Below are positions 33,029 through 34,873 of a DNA stretch of 34,873 bases, piece after piece. Within the stretch, counting starts at the first letter, position 1, and each line of letters opens with the position of its first letter. The stretch comes from an uncultured Nitrospinota bacterium. GTDB taxonomy: Bacteria > Nitrospinota > Nitrospinia > UBA9942. Under the pieces are notes generated by a model. The model was not told the DNA's origin. It did no database searches and was given only the letters and a program-made list of their open reading frames with translations. Position numbers and translations under genes: made by a program. The DNA lies in contig CAYMMR010000002.1 of assembly GCA_964391545.1 (NCBI GenBank), positions 1 through 34,873 of the forward strand, given 5' to 3'.

Positions 33029-34825
33029 CTACCTCCTCAAAAACCCCTTCAATATCTGTCCTTTATCCATGCTCAAGGCAATCGGCCTTCCGTGAGGACA
33101 GGTAAAGGGTCTGCTTGTCCTCATAAGCTCTTTCACGAGAGATTCCATCTCCTCGATACCCAGCCTCTGATTTGCTTTAACGGCTCCCCTGCACGCCATT
33201 ATTAAAATCATATCATTGACAATCTCATCGAAAGATGTATTTCGCTGATGGACAATTAGTTTATCGAGAATATCCCTTATTAACTGCTTATAATCATCTC
33301 CCGAAAGAAGCGATGGCACAGCTCTTATTATAAAGCTGTTTCCTCCGAAAGATTCTATATCAAACCCCAATTTCTTAAAATTGTCAAGATTTGATTGCAG
33401 TATAACGGATTCTTTGCTTGATACTTCCATATTCACCGGCAGCAGCAATGTTTGAACCTCTATCTTCGAATCCTTGATTTTTTGCAAAAATCTCTCGTAT
33501 AAAATCCTTTCATGGGCAGTATGCTGGTCAATAAATATTATATTATCGGCGCCTTCGAGTATTATAAAGGAATCGAATATTTGTCCCACAGGCTTAAATT
33601 GCGAGAGATTGGATTCGGTTTCAGGGGATAATTTAAGTGTCGAGTGTTGAGTGTTGAGTGTTGAGTATCTATTGAAATTTTTAATTCCCGACTCCAAATT
33701 TCCGGGTCCTGACTCCTGTCCTGATATATACCGTTCTATCGTCTCCCTAACCCTGTCCTTATATAGTTCGGAGTTCGGGGCTCGGAGTTCGGAGTTCTGC
33801 TCCTGACTCCCAACTCCCGGATCCCAACTCCCGGCTCTTTTCATGCTTTCCCTTATCGCATCCCTTACAAAATCATGAACCTCGCCTTGTTTTGCAAACC
33901 TTACTTCTATCTTCGAGGGGTGGACATTTACATCCACCATTTCGGGGTCAATATTCAAAAACAGAAAATATGCAGGATGTCTGTCTTTAGGCAGCAGTGT
34001 TCTAAATGCCTCATAAATTGCGTGGTTTATAACCCTGTCCTTTATATAGCGATTATTAACGAATATATATTGCAAACTTCTGCCCGCCATATTTATGGAT
34101 GGCTTAGACACATATCCTTCGAGCGACAATCCGCCCCGCACATAATTTATTTGCGGGGCAAGGCTATCCGTTATCTCGTATCCAAATATCGAGGCTATGC
34201 GGTCAAGAATATTATTCGTCGAGGCAGTATCTATTATCGCCTTATTGCCATTTATCATTTTGAATCGTATTACCGGATGGGAAAGCGCATGCTGGTTCAC
34301 CGACTCTATTATATGGGACAACTCGGTAGCGTCCGACTTCATGAATTTTAACCGTGCAGGTATGTTTAAGAATAAATCCTTAACCTCGATAGATGTTCCC
34401 TTAACGGGCGGGGCGTCTTTTATCGCCTTTACAATGCCGTTATCCAGCTCTATTTCGGTCCCCGAAGAATCTCCGGCGGAACGGGTAAGCAGTCTTACAT
34501 TGGAAACAGAGGCTATGCTCGGCAGAGCCTCGCCTCTAAACCCGAGAGTGGTAATTTTATGAAGGTCGTGAGCGGTCTTTATCTTGCTCGTGGCATGTCT
34601 TTCAAAGGCGAGGGAGGCATCCTCCCTTAACATACCGGAGCCGTCATCCATTACCCTTATATATCTCTTTCCGCTCCCCTTTACTTCTACCGTAATAGCG
34701 CCTGCGCCTGCATCTATCGAATTCTCTATAAGCTCCTTTACCACAGAGGCAGGCCTCTCCACCACCTCACCGGCTGCTATACGATTGACCAATTCATCCG
34801 GTAATTTTACAATCCTGCCTTCCAT
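33029..34825 (-). CDS. mutL: DNA mismatch repair protein MutL, linker region built largely from heptamer arrays
   Basis: N-terminal GHKL ATPase (NRIAAGEVVERPASVVKELIENSIDAGA, GFRGEALPSIASV, VNVHPSKIEVRF). C-terminal dimerisation domain (FIIRAVP, CPHGRP). Confidence 0.95.
   Translation of the reverse strand: MEGRIVKLPDELVNRIAAGEVVERPASVVKELIENSIDAGAGAITVEVKGSGKRYIRVMDDGSGMLREDASLAFERHATSKIKTAHDLHKITTLGFRGEALPSIASVSNVRLLTRSAGDSSGTEIELDNGIVKAIKDAPPVKGTSIEVKDLFLNIPARLKFMKSDATELSHIIESVNQHALSHPVIRFKMINGNKAIIDTASTNNILDRIASIFGYEITDSLAPQINYVRGGLSLEGYVSKPSINMAGRSLQYIFVNNRYIKDRVINHAIYEAFRTLLPKDRHPAYFLFLNIDPEMVDVNVHPSKIEVRFAKQGEVHDFVRDAIRESMKRAGSWDPGVGSQEQNSELRAPNSELYKDRVRETIERYISGQESGPGNLESGIKNFNRYSTLNTQHSTLKLSPETESNLSQFKPVGQIFDSFIILEGADNIIFIDQHTAHERILYERFLQKIKDSKIEVQTLLLPVNMEVSSKESVILQSNLDNFKKLGFDIESFGGNSFIIRAVPSLLSGDDYKQLIRDILDKLIVHQRNTSFDEIVNDMILIMACRGAVKANQRLGIEEMESLVKELMRTSRPFTCPHGRPIALSMDKGQILKGFLRR
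33637..33667. repeat. single-arm heptamer array GTGTCGA (GTGTTGA)x3 GTA inside the mutL linker (same unit as in guaA)
   Basis: Read directly. Encodes [11 protein letters not shown]. Confidence 0.88.
33686..33724. repeat. degenerate heptamer run TCCCGAC TCCAAAT TTCCGGG TCCTGAC TCCTGTC CTGA inside the mutL linker
   Basis: The 7-nt TCC.... periodicity was read directly. Weak. Confidence 0.5.
33765..33834. repeat. periodic-arm hairpin, 7-nt units: AGTTCGG AGTTCGG GGCTCGG AGTTCGG AGTTC - TGCTCCT - GACTCCC AACTCCC GGATCCC AACTCCC GG, inside the mutL linker
   Basis: Read directly. Encodes AGSWDPGVGSQEQNSELRAPNSEL. Confidence 0.88.
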
Positions 34826-34873
34826 AAATTATTTTTAGCATAGTCGAAAGGCTAAATCAATTTTCATTTTTAA

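Overview
This 34.9-kb bacterial chromosomal segment is moderately AT-rich. The lineage cannot be fixed from sequence alone; the gene content (MJ0042-type zinc ribbons, a FYDLN-acid protein, DUF1640, sigma54-driven flagellar genes) suggests Desulfobacterota or Nitrospirota-like genomes. There are three gene blocks. (1) Two minus-strand flagellar operons, each behind a sigma54-type promoter: flgB-flgC-fliE-fliF-fliG-fliH-fliI-fliJ-motE-like (22.7 to 15.3 kb) and fliK-flgD-flgE-Maf/DUF115-lipoprotein-Zn-ribbon/FliL-like (10.8 to 3.3 kb). (2) An oppositely oriented 4.2-kb cassette (11.1-15.3 kb) that splits the usually contiguous fliJ-motE-fliK order. It holds a DUF3343 gene, a small basic protein behind a near-consensus sigma28 promoter, an atypical FliD-like cap protein, a FlgN-like chaperone and a small acidic protein. 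(3) Housekeeping genes: pgeF, a B12-type radical SAM gene, an AcdB-like ATP-grasp gene, DUF1640, accA, dnaE, a FYDLN-acid gene, guaA, an FmdB zinc ribbon, guaB and mutL. The most unusual content is non-genic. (a) About 24 loci carry short tandem arrays of 6-, 7- or 8-nt units, and about 17 of them are organised as hairpins whose two arms are each tandem arrays. They fill almost every intercistronic gap and also sit in frame inside dnaE, guaA, mutL, pgeF, the radical SAM gene and the FliD-like gene. (b) Five copies of a roughly 110-146-nt long-hairpin element have a conserved asymmetric internal loop and an outer stem that differs between copies while staying complementary. (c) GTCATTGCGAG-type palindromic elements bracket the sigma28-driven gene. 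No CRISPR array, tRNA, rRNA, transposase or recognisable defence genes were seen.
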